DNA of 64,000 nucleotides from Leptogorgia sarmentosa. Lineage: Eukaryota. The notes below the pieces were generated by a model, which saw only the letters and a program-made list of their open reading frames with translations, had not been told where the DNA came from and did no database searches. Positions 26,501 to 40,200 of this stretch are shown here, in pieces; the first letter of the stretch is position 1; each line of letters begins with the position of its first letter. Made by a program: the position numbers and the translations under genes. The stretch covers positions 5,580,001-5,644,000 of the forward strand of contig OZ210884.1 in NCBI GenBank assembly GCA_964658305.1, in the 5' to 3' direction.

Positions 26501-29500
26501 GGAAGAGGATTCAAGGAACCCCATACGGAGTCTCGACGTCTAAAGTGATTGTAAAAATCAGCCTCTAATGTATCTAGATGTAAATTTAAATTTATATATA
26601 TATTACTTACAACCTCATTCCCGATGAAGAAGCTCGAAACGTCCTATTTTGTTGTATCATATGTTGACAGATGTTGCATCATGTTAGCCTGTATTGTTTT
26701 TGAAAATGGTCCAATCTCTCTTTTCCAGCTTCTCTTGGCGCCCACTCCTTATATTATTGGTGTCCCAGCAAGTTTTTTCAAATACAAAAACAATGATTTC
26801 AACAACCCTCACGACTTGTGGATTGTTGATCTTGATTCCAACAAGGTAACATGATTAGTAATTAACTCGTGGCCAATTTGTGTATGAGTTTGGTTATGCT
26901 ATGATGTGAGATTATGGGTAACGCGTCTTATCTTGATGTTTACAGTTTCAATAAAATGTTTCACTGCAATAATTTGTTTTAGATAACAGTTCCATTTCAA
27001 GCGGATGAATTGCCAAGCTTGCCGGAACCAGAAACGAGCATTCTCAAAGGGAATCTCAAAAGGGTTAGTAACTTATTTAGATATACTATACAGTTTTTTT
27101 TCATAGACTACAGCCATCATGACGTACTAGAAAAACGTGGGAAAATGCATATTTGTTATACAACCAGTATCCAAATTGAAAACAAAATCGAAATGCACAT
27201 ATAAATCGTCTTGCTAAATAGATGATTTGGGGTGATTAATTCTAGGTCTAATATTTTTACGATCTGGACATCGTCCAAGCCCAAGTGATGATACGTACAT
27301 GTGCATCAGGTGAAACATGCATGCCAGTAGACTCAAATATATCTTTTTATTGTTTTCCATTTTTGTTCAGGCCCTTGCCTCGTTATCTGTGCCACCTCAA
27401 ACCATTCCTAACCTCAATGGTCAGTTTTCAACAAGTAATGGTGGGACAGATTCGTTGAGTAAAGTTCCTCTTGGATTAACCAGCAATCATATCGTTTATG
27501 GCAATGACGTAGATGCCGTCGATATAGCTGTACGTGTAGCTATGACGTCATTTTTCTTGGCTCAAAATGTACTTGGGGGACTTCAAGAACACACGAGAAC
27601 ATTACGATTATTTCCGAGGCCTGTTGTTGCGGTTCAGAAAGACGCATTCCTCCAATCTTTACCAAATGTTTCTAAATTTGTTATGGCACTTGTTGACACA
27701 CAGGTTGGTAGCTTTCCTTGTACTTTGAAAAATCTATTTTTGAGATTACCTATTCGTGATTGAGAAAAAATAGTGGCGGTCCTCACAGTAATTTCTAGGG
27801 ATCATTAAGATTTTACGATCAAATGAACTACTGCTTTAACTTGATCTGATCGCTGTGTTTCTATATTCTGAGTTGACCATCAAGCGTTAAATGTATCACA
27901 TGATTGGAACTCAGCTACATATTTAAGCGAATTTCAAAGTATTGATTCAAGTTTGAATTGCCATCATGATTTTAGCATGCAATAAAATTTCAATACCAGA
28001 AATGCGGTCAGGAAGCACCGGTCATCCTTTGTTTTTACATCACATGTACTCTCAATGTTCTAGAACGTCGAATATTTTGCTGAATGGTTAGTTTACCCCA
28101 CTAATATTGTTTATACAAGAATTCAAATGGGTAAGTTTTAAAATAATGTTTCATTTTAATTTCATTCCTGACTGCTCGGTCGGAGGTGAATGAAAACTGT
28201 TTTGTTCTGTACCAGACCACAACGGAATACCAGTACTTCTGGTTTGATTCATCCTGTCAAAGGAGCTGCTGTTGCATTTCCCCAACCCGTTTTTTTTTCA
28301 TATCCTAAAATTTCTGTTATACTGTTACTTGTATATACCAACTTGGATTTACTGCCACAGGAAATATGATTTATACGAAGCGAAATAAGTCGCGACTTGA
28401 ATACAGTAAGTTAAGACGCAAGTTTCTCGCATAAACGGTACAAAATGCGTGTTTGTGTTCTACTAGATAAGTCGATACATGCTTGTATAAATAGACCACA
28501 AATTGTCAAACTTGTGTCTTATGCAGCTAAGGTTTGACTTATTTTCTCGCGTATAAATGCTCCTAAACATTCGATTGTTTTATTTCTAGGGATAACTGAT
28601 CCACATTTGGTCGGTGACAAACCGCGTTGGTACAATTACAAACTAGACAAGCTAAACTTCAAAGCATTCGATCCAGACTCGAAACTTTGCAATCAGGAAT
28701 GGAACGAATATGAAACAGAACTTTTTAGTGATATTTATGAAAGTGACGATTCTGAACATCCACGTACGTCTAGTATTGAAGACGATGACAGCAGTAGTTG
28801 TTATTCATCCGTCAGTGATACTGTTGCTGAAATGTTCCGTGGGGATATACATGGTGAAACACCTTCAGGATCATTTAAGCCACCATTCACTCCACCCGAT
28901 GCTGCTTCTCCAACACCCAACTGTATGGCGAACCTGCAGAATGTTGCTAATTATTGGAACAATGAAGACAGGTAGGAAATATTGTAGCTTCTTTTTAATC
29001 AGTTTACTGGATAATCTTGAATTTCTCTCGTTGTGCACCCGACGTTCTGGGCGTGAAAGAAGCACGTATACCAATGTAATGTTTTACTGAAGGGAATTGA
29101 AAATAAAAGGTTATTTTCCGATTGCTCCATTTGAAAGAAGAATTTCACTAACTCATAAACCTTAGAGCTGTGCTTCATTTGTTATGTAGTTATCGCTACA
29201 ATAGACTTGACATGGGAGGCTTTATACCATAACCAAGTTATAGTGTCGTATCTTGTAATGTGCTGTAACACCACTGTTCTGTTTCATAGAGAAAAACGAC
29301 AGTATTCCCTCGAAGAAGATGAAGATTTTGTTGATGATATTATTTACTCTGTTTCCAACCCACCATCTCCTGTACTCGGTAACCGTCGTGAGTCGTCGAA
29401 CTCGGGATCAAGTATTGTCAGCGATCCCGTTGCCAAGTCAGACATGACTGGACAGACTAACTCAGAGTGTATGTATACTCAAGACTACTCCCTCGCTCAG

Positions 29501-32500
29501 GTTTCACTATGTGGCGGGTGGGTGGGGGATGGGTTATTAGAGGAATTTTAACCCTGGATCAACCCAGTAAACTCTATGGCTCAGTACACATATCTGGAAT
29601 GATGTTGCTTGCGCCGAAAGTGCTGACGTCGAACGGGTCTTAAACTGACGTCCATACTTTGCATTCCCTGGTGCATGTAAATGACTGAGCGCTATCGTTC
29701 CTGATATCATAGCGTTCAATGGGTTAACCTGGCTTCGGAGTTTGACCAACCCGCCTTTGACACATACTCACGCTATCTAATCATATTTTACCAAAAACGA
29801 ATTCTGTTATTTTATTTTAGCGAATGGCATTCGCAAATACGACAACCAATCAAATGCTGATTTTACGAATAGCTCTGTTTCAACAAGTAAGAATATGTCT
29901 GAACCCACTTCTTTAATTAAGTTTTCATTGTCAGCTATATAATCTGGTCCGGCTATATAATTTTATTCATACCTCACTTTATTCTGTCATAAGGTTCGTC
30001 GACACCCACAAGATCTAATACAATGGATGCGAAGCTCGCCAGTTTACAAGCAAATTCTTTATTTAAGCCATTAAATAAGGAAGGAAACCCAATATCAAGG
30101 TAACTGATAGTATTCAAAGAATCAATAATTGATATTATTAAAGATTGCAGTTGGTAATTGCAGTTGGTAAAATTGCTTTTAAGCAATTTTATTGACTAAG
30201 ACTTACAGTTAAATCGTGCAATCACGCAACCTACAGGAAACCCGCTGTTATCTGCTAGCAGATACAGTAACTGAGTTATCTGCAAAATGAGCCTGTGATC
30301 CATTTACCCGGTATTTAACACAAACAAATGCCTATGTTTTCATAAATAAAGTTTTTTATACGTTCATCGTATTTCATAAACGAACCGAGTTAATCATCAC
30401 AAAACAACAAGATTTTGAGAGGATGTAACGAACACATCTCGTCGAAAATACTTGCGTGATTTAGATTTCTGGATTCTGGTTAAAGATTTCACAATATCAT
30501 TATTGTTTTTGCTGACGACAAATAAAAATTTCTAACACTTTTTTTGTTTCGTTTTTAGAGAGGATCAACAGTTTATTCATGAGGTTGTGGCGTCCGTGTT
30601 AAACGCGAATGGCGTTGGAATATTTAAAAAGAAACGATTGCGTGATCTTATGACGAAAGAAACGTGCAGACAAAAAGTTGTAAATAAATTTTTGCTGGAG
30701 ATTTCAGACGATAAAAAATCTGATGTCGTGTCTGATGTGGTAAGTCATTTCATCGTCTCATTCTTGATTTCGATACTTTTGGATATTTTTGATTTGAAAC
30801 TTGACTGATATTTTGTTTTGTCATTATGTTCATGCTTTATATGCAGTCAAAACAACGAATTTTTGGCGTAGTTCAGTAGATTTGCTTTACTGAATTGCTC
30901 AAACTTTTGAAATAATGACAATGATAATGTCTACATTTAATTTTTATTTTTTTACTTTTAATTATTTAGCGTGTGAATAAAAGCGTATTGAGAGGTATGT
31001 TGGAAATTCTTCGCAGTGTCGTGTTCGGTTTGGAAGCCAGTGTGTCGAACTTTGGCCTGGGTCGAGTAACATCAGCCTATCATTTTCTCCGAATTGCCCA
31101 TACCCATTATTATGGACGTGAAATCAAAGGTGTGGTTACGGAGAACGACGACGGTGGACGGATATCTCCAGCGGAAAGTATCTCAAATCTGTCTGATACA
31201 TCAGATACGACTGTCTCAGCCAATGAGAGTGGAGGTTAGTAAGTGTTTGGTGAAGGTTAGCCAATGAGATTGGAGGTTTTTTACTGCCTCTCCAACATTG
31301 CAAAGTTTACCTTCCTTGGACTGTATAATCACGATTGTTTTACGATATTTTATTGAATATTTTCTTTTGTCATAGATCGTTCAACACTAGTGAACAGCGA
31401 CAGTGAACAAGATAGTGGTCATTGCGATGCCAGTGAGGTATATAGTACAGATATTGATTCAGTTATGGTGCCAATGTTTGAAAAGAAATTTGAAGAAAAA
31501 ACTTACAGACATCTAAATCTCGTACGATGTAATAGCGACGTGACAGATGTGAACACTTTAGCTACTTTGGAAGAGAAAAAGGCTCTAACTCGGACATTAT
31601 CAAACGTAGAAACTCATCTAGCAGTCCCCAATGAAAATGGAGATGCATCCTCCGGAGGTTCAAGAAACAGGTCCAGATCTCCGACCAGAAGTCCGAGGCT
31701 AGCGCATATGAAAATGACTTCAGGGAGTAACTCCATTACAGCCGGAGCATATCTACCTAACGTAGATTCGCTTGCTAGAAAAAGTGACTTGAGCGAGGGA
31801 TATAGGTACTGTAATGGTGAATTGATTGATGTGAGTGAAGGCGTTAAACCTGTTACAAGTACTGGAAGGAAGTATTTATTCCAAGGTTTATTAGGAGAGC
31901 GATCTGCATTATGGGATCAGATGGATTTTTGGGAGTACTTATTCATGGACGTCGTGTCCGCAGAACGTGAGGTACTGGGTATGGATCAAAACCATGGAGA
32001 AATGATTGAACGGTAAATATGAAGTACATTTTTCATTCGCTTGCTCAGGTGATCTCAATACACGAGAAAGGGCTGTGAGATGCAAATCCATTTTTCTATT
32101 GAAACAACTGAATATCTCCCATAAAATATTTTATTTCGATTCCACATTTTTTCAGAGTTCTATTTCTCATAACCATGCATAATTATAAAATTTGAACTAG
32201 TTTCAGATGTAATTTTGCTAATTTTTAGTTTGAAACGATCAGCAAAAAGACAAGCTGGTGAAGTTGTGAGTTCTCACTTTGTTCCACTGTCATGTTTATA
32301 CAGGTATCGTTCACTTGGTCGTCTCGAACAAAAGCGTATAGAAGAAGACGAAGATAAAGTGCTGGGAACGACTCTCTTCAACATTACTGCCTTCATGATT
32401 CTACTGAATGTTCAGGAATCCGAGTTGAAGAAGAAAGTACGGCGAATGATTGGCAAGGCTCATATTGGTATGAACCAAAGTCAACGTATTGGTCAGCTTT

Positions 32501-35500
32501 TGCAAAAATTAGACTACGTGGTAAGTTGAAGATTTTTTTATCTAAGGACATCGAAATGCAACAAAAGTTCTATCGATATCCACAAAGATCCTTCATTGGG
32601 AATTAATGGGAAGGTATTTTGAGTAAAACTTTTCTTGTTTTTTTATTTATCTCTCCAACACACTTGACGGCGTTCTGTTTGATCTTGAGTCGTTGTGTGT
32701 GAGAAGTAAATCGATAAAAAAACACCAAGAGCATTTTTAATAAATCCACGGCTGATAACCATACTAACAGTCAAATCGTTCTAGTGTTGGTCAGGTTATT
32801 TAATCAATCTCGATGGTTGAATGCAATTACTTTTTTTTTTGTACAACACTCCCATGCACTCATAAAGTAGCTATTATCGTATTTTCTGTCTTGATAGCGA
32901 GGCAATGACGTGGATTTGAGACCAGACTGCAGCCGTTTGATGACGAAAAAAACATTTGTAGTTCATTGTGGCAGTAATATAATTGGAGATGTGTATTTTA
33001 TGGAGGTATAGTCGATTTATCCTTTTTGTTTTTTTTCAATTCTTTGTTTTTTACATCAACATTCTTTTTCGTCATATCCTTCACCGGAGACATCAACTAT
33101 GCCTATGTAGTATCGGATAGAATTTGTTTAATTGCATCCCGACAAATTATTCAATTCATCTCCAGGTTTATGATGATTGTATTTTGCTTCGAGCACCATC
33201 TGGTACCATACTTGAACGATGGTGGTATGAAAAACTGGTAAACATCACCTACTCACCAAAAACCAAGATGTTGTGTTTGTGGTACAGACAAGGTCAAGAC
33301 ACACATTTAAACAAGTTTTGTACAAAGAAGGTAGCTAATAATTTTTTTTCGATATGTGATCAGCGGATGAGAACATCAAGAAGGAGCGAAAGTTCTACTC
33401 ACTACCTAAACGATGCAATGCGAATTAACATTTCAAGCAAGCGCCCTTCCAGCAAATGTTTACGCTAATTCCCGACAAAGGACCTTTGCTCGGCACTTGC
33501 GAAACTTGAAATCGTATCGTTCAGCTAGTGAGTAGACTTTTGCTCTTCTACTTTCATTTGTTATCAATTAGCCTGTAGATTTTAATGTCAAAATGCAATT
33601 TCATATAGTGCTGATAGGTGATTGTACTTATGATTATGATGCAAACAAATATTGTTACGGCATAAAATCGTTCTTCACATACAGAATGTATAGGTATAGT
33701 AACATTTCTTTTTTTTCTAGTGCAAAGCGTTGTACTTTTGTATTAAAGCGACGATGCAAAAGGCAGCAGAAAGATTACAAGGATTGAAATCAGGTAACGG
33801 TTATATACTTTAACCTTATCCCCTAATTACCAAATACTTTAATCTTAATCTAACTTTAATCTCAGCGTATCCTTAAATTTGTGGTTATGGATATCATTTT
33901 AAAGTTTAGCAAAAGGGTTCCATGTTCTTTTAAACAAATCTTCCTCTAATTAAATCTTTGCGTGATTGCTTGGTGAAGATAATGTTTAAAAAGTTTGTAA
34001 TTTTTATCGCAATGCAAAGCTTTCGATCCGTAAGTCTGGATCTTCATCAGTATAATATCAGATCGAAAGCTTTGCGATATTAAAATTACGTGGTGTAAAC
34101 TACAAACTTTGTAAATAAAATCTCCCTCTGTTAATATTATTTTGTTTCTCAATTGTTTCTTTTGTTTTATGGCAGGTCCACAACTTGGTGGGAAATTTCC
34201 TGCACAGGTAGGAAATTAAGATTATTGCGTGATCAGCTATCACACTAAGAATAATTAAACAGACAGCAAAACTGTGAGATAATTCATAGATATTGTAAAT
34301 GATCTCTGAGGATGGTTCTGAACTAGAATTGAAACACTGCACGTACTCAAAGACAAGCGTTAAGTCGTCATTAAAATATTTCATGCATTTAAATTGGATA
34401 AGACTCGCTACCAAACCCAGTTACTCAATAGGTCAGTTGGTGTTGGTCGAGCGGCGGTCTAGATTCCCGAAGATGCGAGTTGAAATCCCGCTCGGGACAA
34501 CGAATTTTTCGTTGTTCTTGTGCAGTGTCAGATTAATATGAATCTAGTTTTACGTATCTCTGAGGATGGTTCTGAAATTGTAAATGATCTGAATCTTAAA
34601 TTGTTTAGTTTTGCTTAGTTAATGAATTTTAAATTATTTTTCATGTCAAAGGATGTTGAAAATGGTCAAGTTGGAATTCTTGAAGTCTCATTGGATGGAA
34701 TAACTGTAAAATTTAAGAACAAGAAGGTAAGTACAGTCCTAAAGTTCATGTTTGCATTCAGTTAACCTTCGCACAGCTGAGCTGGTCATACTTGTTGCCT
34801 TGTTTCTTTCAATGGGAAGGGCATTATTTTGAGAATCTGTGTTCTATGAAATATCAGTGTTCTGGTGTGATGTTGTTATTTCTAAACCTCGAAAATATCT
34901 AGCTACTTAGTGAAATTTATTTTTCGAGTGGTGTATGTAATTCGTACGGACTAACCAACGAGTGTGTTTCTGTTCTACTCAGACACAATTATCCGTTGAC
35001 GAAATTCGTGATGTACCTCGATCTAAATCTATCTAATGTGCTCTGTCACCCAGTTTCAAATTTATACTGACAGAATCCATGTGTTTGCCTGAAAATGTTG
35101 AATTTTTTTTTCGTTTTAATTAAATTCTGATACTACCGTTATATTTTATTGTAGACTCATCTTCATTTGAACTGCATCAAAAATTGCTCAACTCAAAAGG
35201 GTATCCTTGTCATTGACGAATTTGGTAACTATTTTATACGTTTATTATTATTTTATACGTTTGTTATCGCCAGGAAATTCCCATGATTTGTATAAACCTT
35301 TTCTCTCACGGTTATCGCTCAACAAATTATTGCTCAGAACCACATGTTCAATTCCTACCGATTAATGTTTCTCAACCGCCTGTAGAAAAGTAGACATCAG
35401 GTAGAAAAAACCTTAGACAGTTGAGGAGAAATGAGCCATTTTGAGAAACTCGCGATCGCCAAAACAGATTTTGTTTGCCATTACAATACGAGGTATAGAA

Positions 35501-35772
35501 AATTTTGATATACGAGGCATAGTAAAAGGTTTTCTTTTATTCGTGTTTCAGATCCAGTTACCCAGGAAGAAATTCAACATCGATTTAAATCGTCGTCGGT
35601 AAGACATCAATACAAAATATTCATTTGCTCAAAATAAACTCTCAGTTTAACTGTTACTCTCGGTATAACTCTTTGCTTGCTATTTCAATCCCAGGCAAGT
35701 GATATTTGCTACGCAGTTCTGTGTCTATTCTCGTACGCAGCCGCATCAAAAGGCCTTCAAGTTCGTTCATGA
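23555..35772 (+). CDS. MADD: MAP kinase-activating death domain protein (MADD/DENN/Rab3-GEP/AEX-3)
   Basis: 22 phase-consistent exons: 23555-24388, 25045-25176, 26729-26845, 26983-27063, 27371-27703, 28064-28130, 28590-28971, 29290-29468, 29821-29886, 29994-30099, 30559-30739, 30970-31234, 31376-32012, 32304-32520, 32898-33005, 33166-33330, 33721-33793, 34176-34207, 34652-34726, 35155-35224, 35552-35598, 35695-35772. Motifs: [105 protein letters not shown]. Boundaries of exons 8-10 are less certain. Confidence 0.95.
34302..34533 (+). ncRNA. Hammerhead ribozyme fold, predicted GUC cleavage after 34529
   Basis: Core CTGAGGA (34306-34312) and GAAA (34331-34334). Stem II GGTTCT/AGAATT. Perfect 9-bp stem III ACACTGCAC (34334-34342) / GTGCAGTGT (34520-34528), then C17. 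Stem I AGAT (34530-34533) / ATCT (34302-34305 or 34556-34559). Confidence 0.8.
34306..34576 (+). mobile_element. Retrozyme/SINE-like insertion: tRNA-derived head plus hammerhead ribozyme, 254-nt period, 14-bp flanking duplication
   Basis: ATTGTAAATGATCT at 34292-34305 and 34577-34590. ATCTCTGAGGATGGTTCTGAA repeated at 34302 and 34556. A/B-box-like tRNA region at ~34423-34497. Lies in MADD intron 34208-34651. Confidence 0.8.
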
Positions 35773-37278
35773 CAAAGGATCTGGTAGACATGCACGCGTG
35801 GCACTTCCTTGCGTGAACACCAATGACTGATGGAAACATTATGAAAGAGGAATACAGATCTTATATTACTGATCTCAAAACTAGCACTGGACAGTTGTCT
35901 GTAACGAGTTTTAACATGCAGATTTTTGGTTGGTATACTTGGTGACGGTTCAACATAGTATTCCCATTTTACATATTCCGGTTTCAAAATATAAATTGCA
36001 AAATTCATCCAGTACTAGTTTGGACTTTGGAATCAGTAGGTATTTGGAAGTTAGATTTGGGTACGACGAGCCATGTGAATAGCAGTGTATAGTTTGGTGT
36101 AGATTGAGTAATAGACTTTAAAATATTTATTATTGGCTCGCGTAGTTTTAAAAACGTCATCTTTTACCCAACAGAGGTTTTTCTTCAAAGAACTTTTGAA
36201 ATAATGTATTGATATCCGTTGCTGATCATGACTTTTATTAACTTGAAATTTTTTGATCATTTAAAGATATATGCCTACACACAGTGATTTATTTATCCAA
36301 CGATTTTGAAAGAAAAATTGAAATAGCCGCATTCGTTACAACAGTAATCAGGAGCACCGTAAGCTTATAATTATAAAGATGATTGTAAAAACTTTTGCAA
36401 AATGTAAAAATATAACCTATTGCGTACTACAAAAATATACAAATTTTGCCAACTTCACTGAGTTATAATTGTTTACATTCTACAGCATTTCCCAACAAAA
36501 TCAACTTTGCAAATTTTACTTGAGGATGTATGCTTGTTAATGCTGTTGTGATGGTGATATCCCTATCTCAATTTTTTTCTCAATTTTGTTAATTGTACAA
36601 TAAGTTTATACATACTCACCACCTAAATGATGATAAAGTTTCCATAAAGTGGTTTGCTATCGTTTGTTGTTTCTGAACGAATGTTAGTGACCATTGGCAG
36701 CTATTGGCGGACCCAAAATAACAGTACGTGTCGTTAGTAGTGACGTTGAGACAGGCTTTGTTTATATATCTCTGTTCTCTGCCTGTTTTCTGTGTCTCTC
36801 AGTCGTTTACATGAAGTCGCTAGAATTTCGCTCAGAAACAACGGCGACCTTATGGAAACTAGGCGCTTTGAGCTAAGGTCTTTCGTCTTCAATTAGAAGG
36901 CAATTTATCGTTTAGGTGGTGAATGAACTTTTGATGTATATTTAGAATAAAGCTGAATAAGTGAATATAAAAGGATACACATATTTAATGAGTAAAATGT
37001 ATTAATTATTTAAATTTACTAGCTAATAGTATAGGTAATGACTCAGATAAAAATAGAAAATTAGAAACACAGGTTTACTAGTTGTATTATTTAAAATGCA
37101 TTTTGATCATGGTCAAATTTGCAAGCAACAATCTTGAGCCCTGGGCATTGTTGCGGAAACATTGTTACCTTCCTTTGCTTTTCCATGTTTCAAGTGTGGG
37201 TAGACTAGGAAACATTGCTGTGGAAACATTTGGGGTGAACTGATCTAAAATATTGCTTGCATGATGTATTAATGTACA

Positions 37279-40200
37279 TTACATTACGGTTTCATTCTCA
37301 TTAACGCTGTCCTTCTGTACTTCATTCAAATGGGAATAGACATGTTCAGGATCCACCACAGGCCGATTGAGGTCTGTATACATCGATGGTTCATTTTCAT
37401 CCATGTCTTCATAATTGCTGACATCATCTTTGTTGGGATTTTCATAAATATCTGCCGAGTCATATTGCCCGTTCACCTTGTTCTCCTCTCTCGCATTTGG
37501 CAACCTACGACCATTGCACCAAAAATAATACGTGAAAATTGAGACCAAAATGACCAGGAGTATTGCCAATATTATGATAACAACAAGATAATATGTTTCA
37601 CTCCTGTCATTCCCAGCTTCATCAGTTTCTGCAAAATGAAATGAAATGAAGGGAAGGATAGGGTAAGAAAGGGAAGGGTAGAGTAGGCTAGGGTAAGGTA
37701 GAGCAGGAAAGGGAAGGGAAGGGAAGGAAAGGAAACAAAACGAAATGAAAGGAATGCAATTTCTAGCAGTTACAAATATTAAAATATTCACACAGTTTTC
37801 CTCAATGTTCTATTATGTTAAAAAAGTTCTGGATATACAATTATTCTTATAAATACACAACACTGCGATGAACACATTTCACTTGTTGTAAGTATAGGGG
37901 CCGCACGTATGACTTGAACATTGATGTACAGTACATTTTGACAAAAATTACATAATTAATTTCTGTAATAGAACTTTTACCTGTATCGCTCACTCTCAGT
38001 ATCCAAATTGTGTGAGTGGTGCTTCCAAACCTATCCTTAATGTGACAGATATATTTTCCAAAAAACCCACTGTCTTTAACTCTAAGAACAAGAATTGAGC
38101 TGCGGTAGGGCTTTTGTGATTCCGTGAAACTGTCCAATCTCCTTTGATCTTTTTTCCAGGTGAAAGAAATCGGAGGTTCTCCTTGAGCAGAACACAGGAG
38201 GTTCACAAGTTCACCTACTTTTGCTGTGATGTTATCACTAGTCATGTTAGCAAGTACACGCGGGGAACCTGGTAAAATAAAAATAGATGTTAAACTATAG
38301 GAAATAATAAAAAAATACCAAGCGGTGAGAATCTTAGGCTACTGCAACCTCGCGCGTTCCTAGAGATTGTGGAAAAGAGCACCTTTGGCCGAACTCTCTA
38401 CCACAAAGGTCTCTTCCATTGGCCAGAGTGGTTGCTAGCGTTTCCACCGCTGAAAATACGTTGAACGAAATAATTATGTCGCTATGTTTTTGCTTCTCTT
38501 GTGTTCGTAATGTCACTAGCACGCTACACGAAGATCATCATATTAAATTTGAAGTAAAGTTTAATTGCTTCATACCTGAATAATGGTTTGTTGTTGAAAT
38601 AGGACTCCATTCTGTAGAGTAGTAATCGCCCTATCACAGAATATTTTAAAAACTATATTAGCTTTGAGATTCTGAAAAGTAGTTGATAAAGCAGAGCGCT
38701 GAGAAAAAAAACATGGTGATTATTCCGCGTTTGTACGCGAAATGAAAATGAAATGTGTTACTCTTCGCTGGACTGGATAATTCCATCGTCGATTGTTAAG
38801 CTCAGAAAATGAAAAATGCTGTTTTTTCAACAAATCATGGTATCGTGATGTTTCTCATGATTCTATCCTAGTAAAATGTATTTTCTAACAAACGTCGTGT
38901 ACCTGGACATTGATAAAGAACCTTTGGAAAATGCGATAACCAGTGCCAGGCTTCAGCGGACCATTATAATAATCACTGCTGGTAGATGGACGTCTATTTA
39001 ATGCTGGCTCGCTTGTATTGCTGCCATCGCCAAGTACAAAAACGTTTTCAACGAGACCGCTGAATGTTACTACTGCAGCAATATAGGGTTTTGGATTGCT
39101 TGTATTTTCAGCCTCAGTGTACGTCACTAGCTCATTGTTGTCGTAGTTACCAGATGAAACAGGTTCTTTGCCATCGTTTATTTTCCAAGCAACCACATAG
39201 AAATACCTGCAAAAGTAGTACAGTTGAATTTTCAGTACAACATCACTTCACAAGTCACACGTTATTTTTTGTGAGCTGTCCGAATCTTGTCGTTGATGCA
39301 TTACTTATTAATAAAAAAAAACTTACTCAAAAGATTGTGCTGGAATTCGTGATGAGAAAGTCAATGTACTGGAGGCATGACCAGTATAGCCCTGCTTTCT
39401 GTTTCTGCGGGGAAAAAAACAGTAGCTACCTTCATATAAATGGTGCATATGCAGATATATGAGATCAATATGGAACTTTATTGTCAACCACCTGCTCTTG
39501 GTTTTCAAATCCTAGGATGGTCAAGTAATTTTCTTGGTTGCACACATATACAAGAAAAAATCACCTCAATGATTTTACGCAAAATTCTCATTTTATTTTC
39601 TAGTTGCTACTTTTTTTCAGCATCTTGAAATAACATATATAAAGCTGTTAAAGCAACAGACACTCGGTCGTTAATTCAGCTAGTACTTACTTCCATTAGT
39701 AAAAAATCCTTTACTTTCGTTGTAAGCGCTGCTTTCAGTTGCAGTGCTTGCAAGAACACGAATATAATATTTCGTTGATTCATTCAAATTTCTGACAATC
39801 AACTCTCGATCACTTGTGACATATTTTTTGAAGCATTGTCCATCGACTGAACGTGAAACGCAGACAGCATAATTGATAATATAACCACTTTTCTCAGGAG
39901 CGTCCCAAGTTAAAGACAAAGATGATGTACTTCGTGAAGTGGTCCTGATGTTTCGTGGAGGGCTACCTTCAGGAAATATAGAAAAAATTCATAAATCTTT
40001 ACGAATGATCAAAAAATAAATGTATACAATAATATTGTATTTGAAAGGTAGTTGGTCGATTGATGCTTTGCAACGTTCCCAACATTCATTGGAAGTACTA
40101 AAGTACATTATTTCACTCAGTGGTAAAGAAATAGTATTTTAGAGATTTTACTTTTCAATTTTTTTCCAAAGGGACGCGTCCAGTGAACTGACATCAACCC

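Noticed and set aside
26621..26643. CCGATGA-AGAAGCTC-GAAACGTC, a hammerhead-like string in a MADD intron
   Set aside because: Core U4 is C, stem II is only 2 bp and there is no stem I. At most a dead remnant.
34423..34497. Possible tRNA gene
   Set aside because: A and B boxes are degenerate (duplicated GTTGGT, AGTTGAAA) and there is no clean cloverleaf. Treated as the tRNA-derived head of the repeat.
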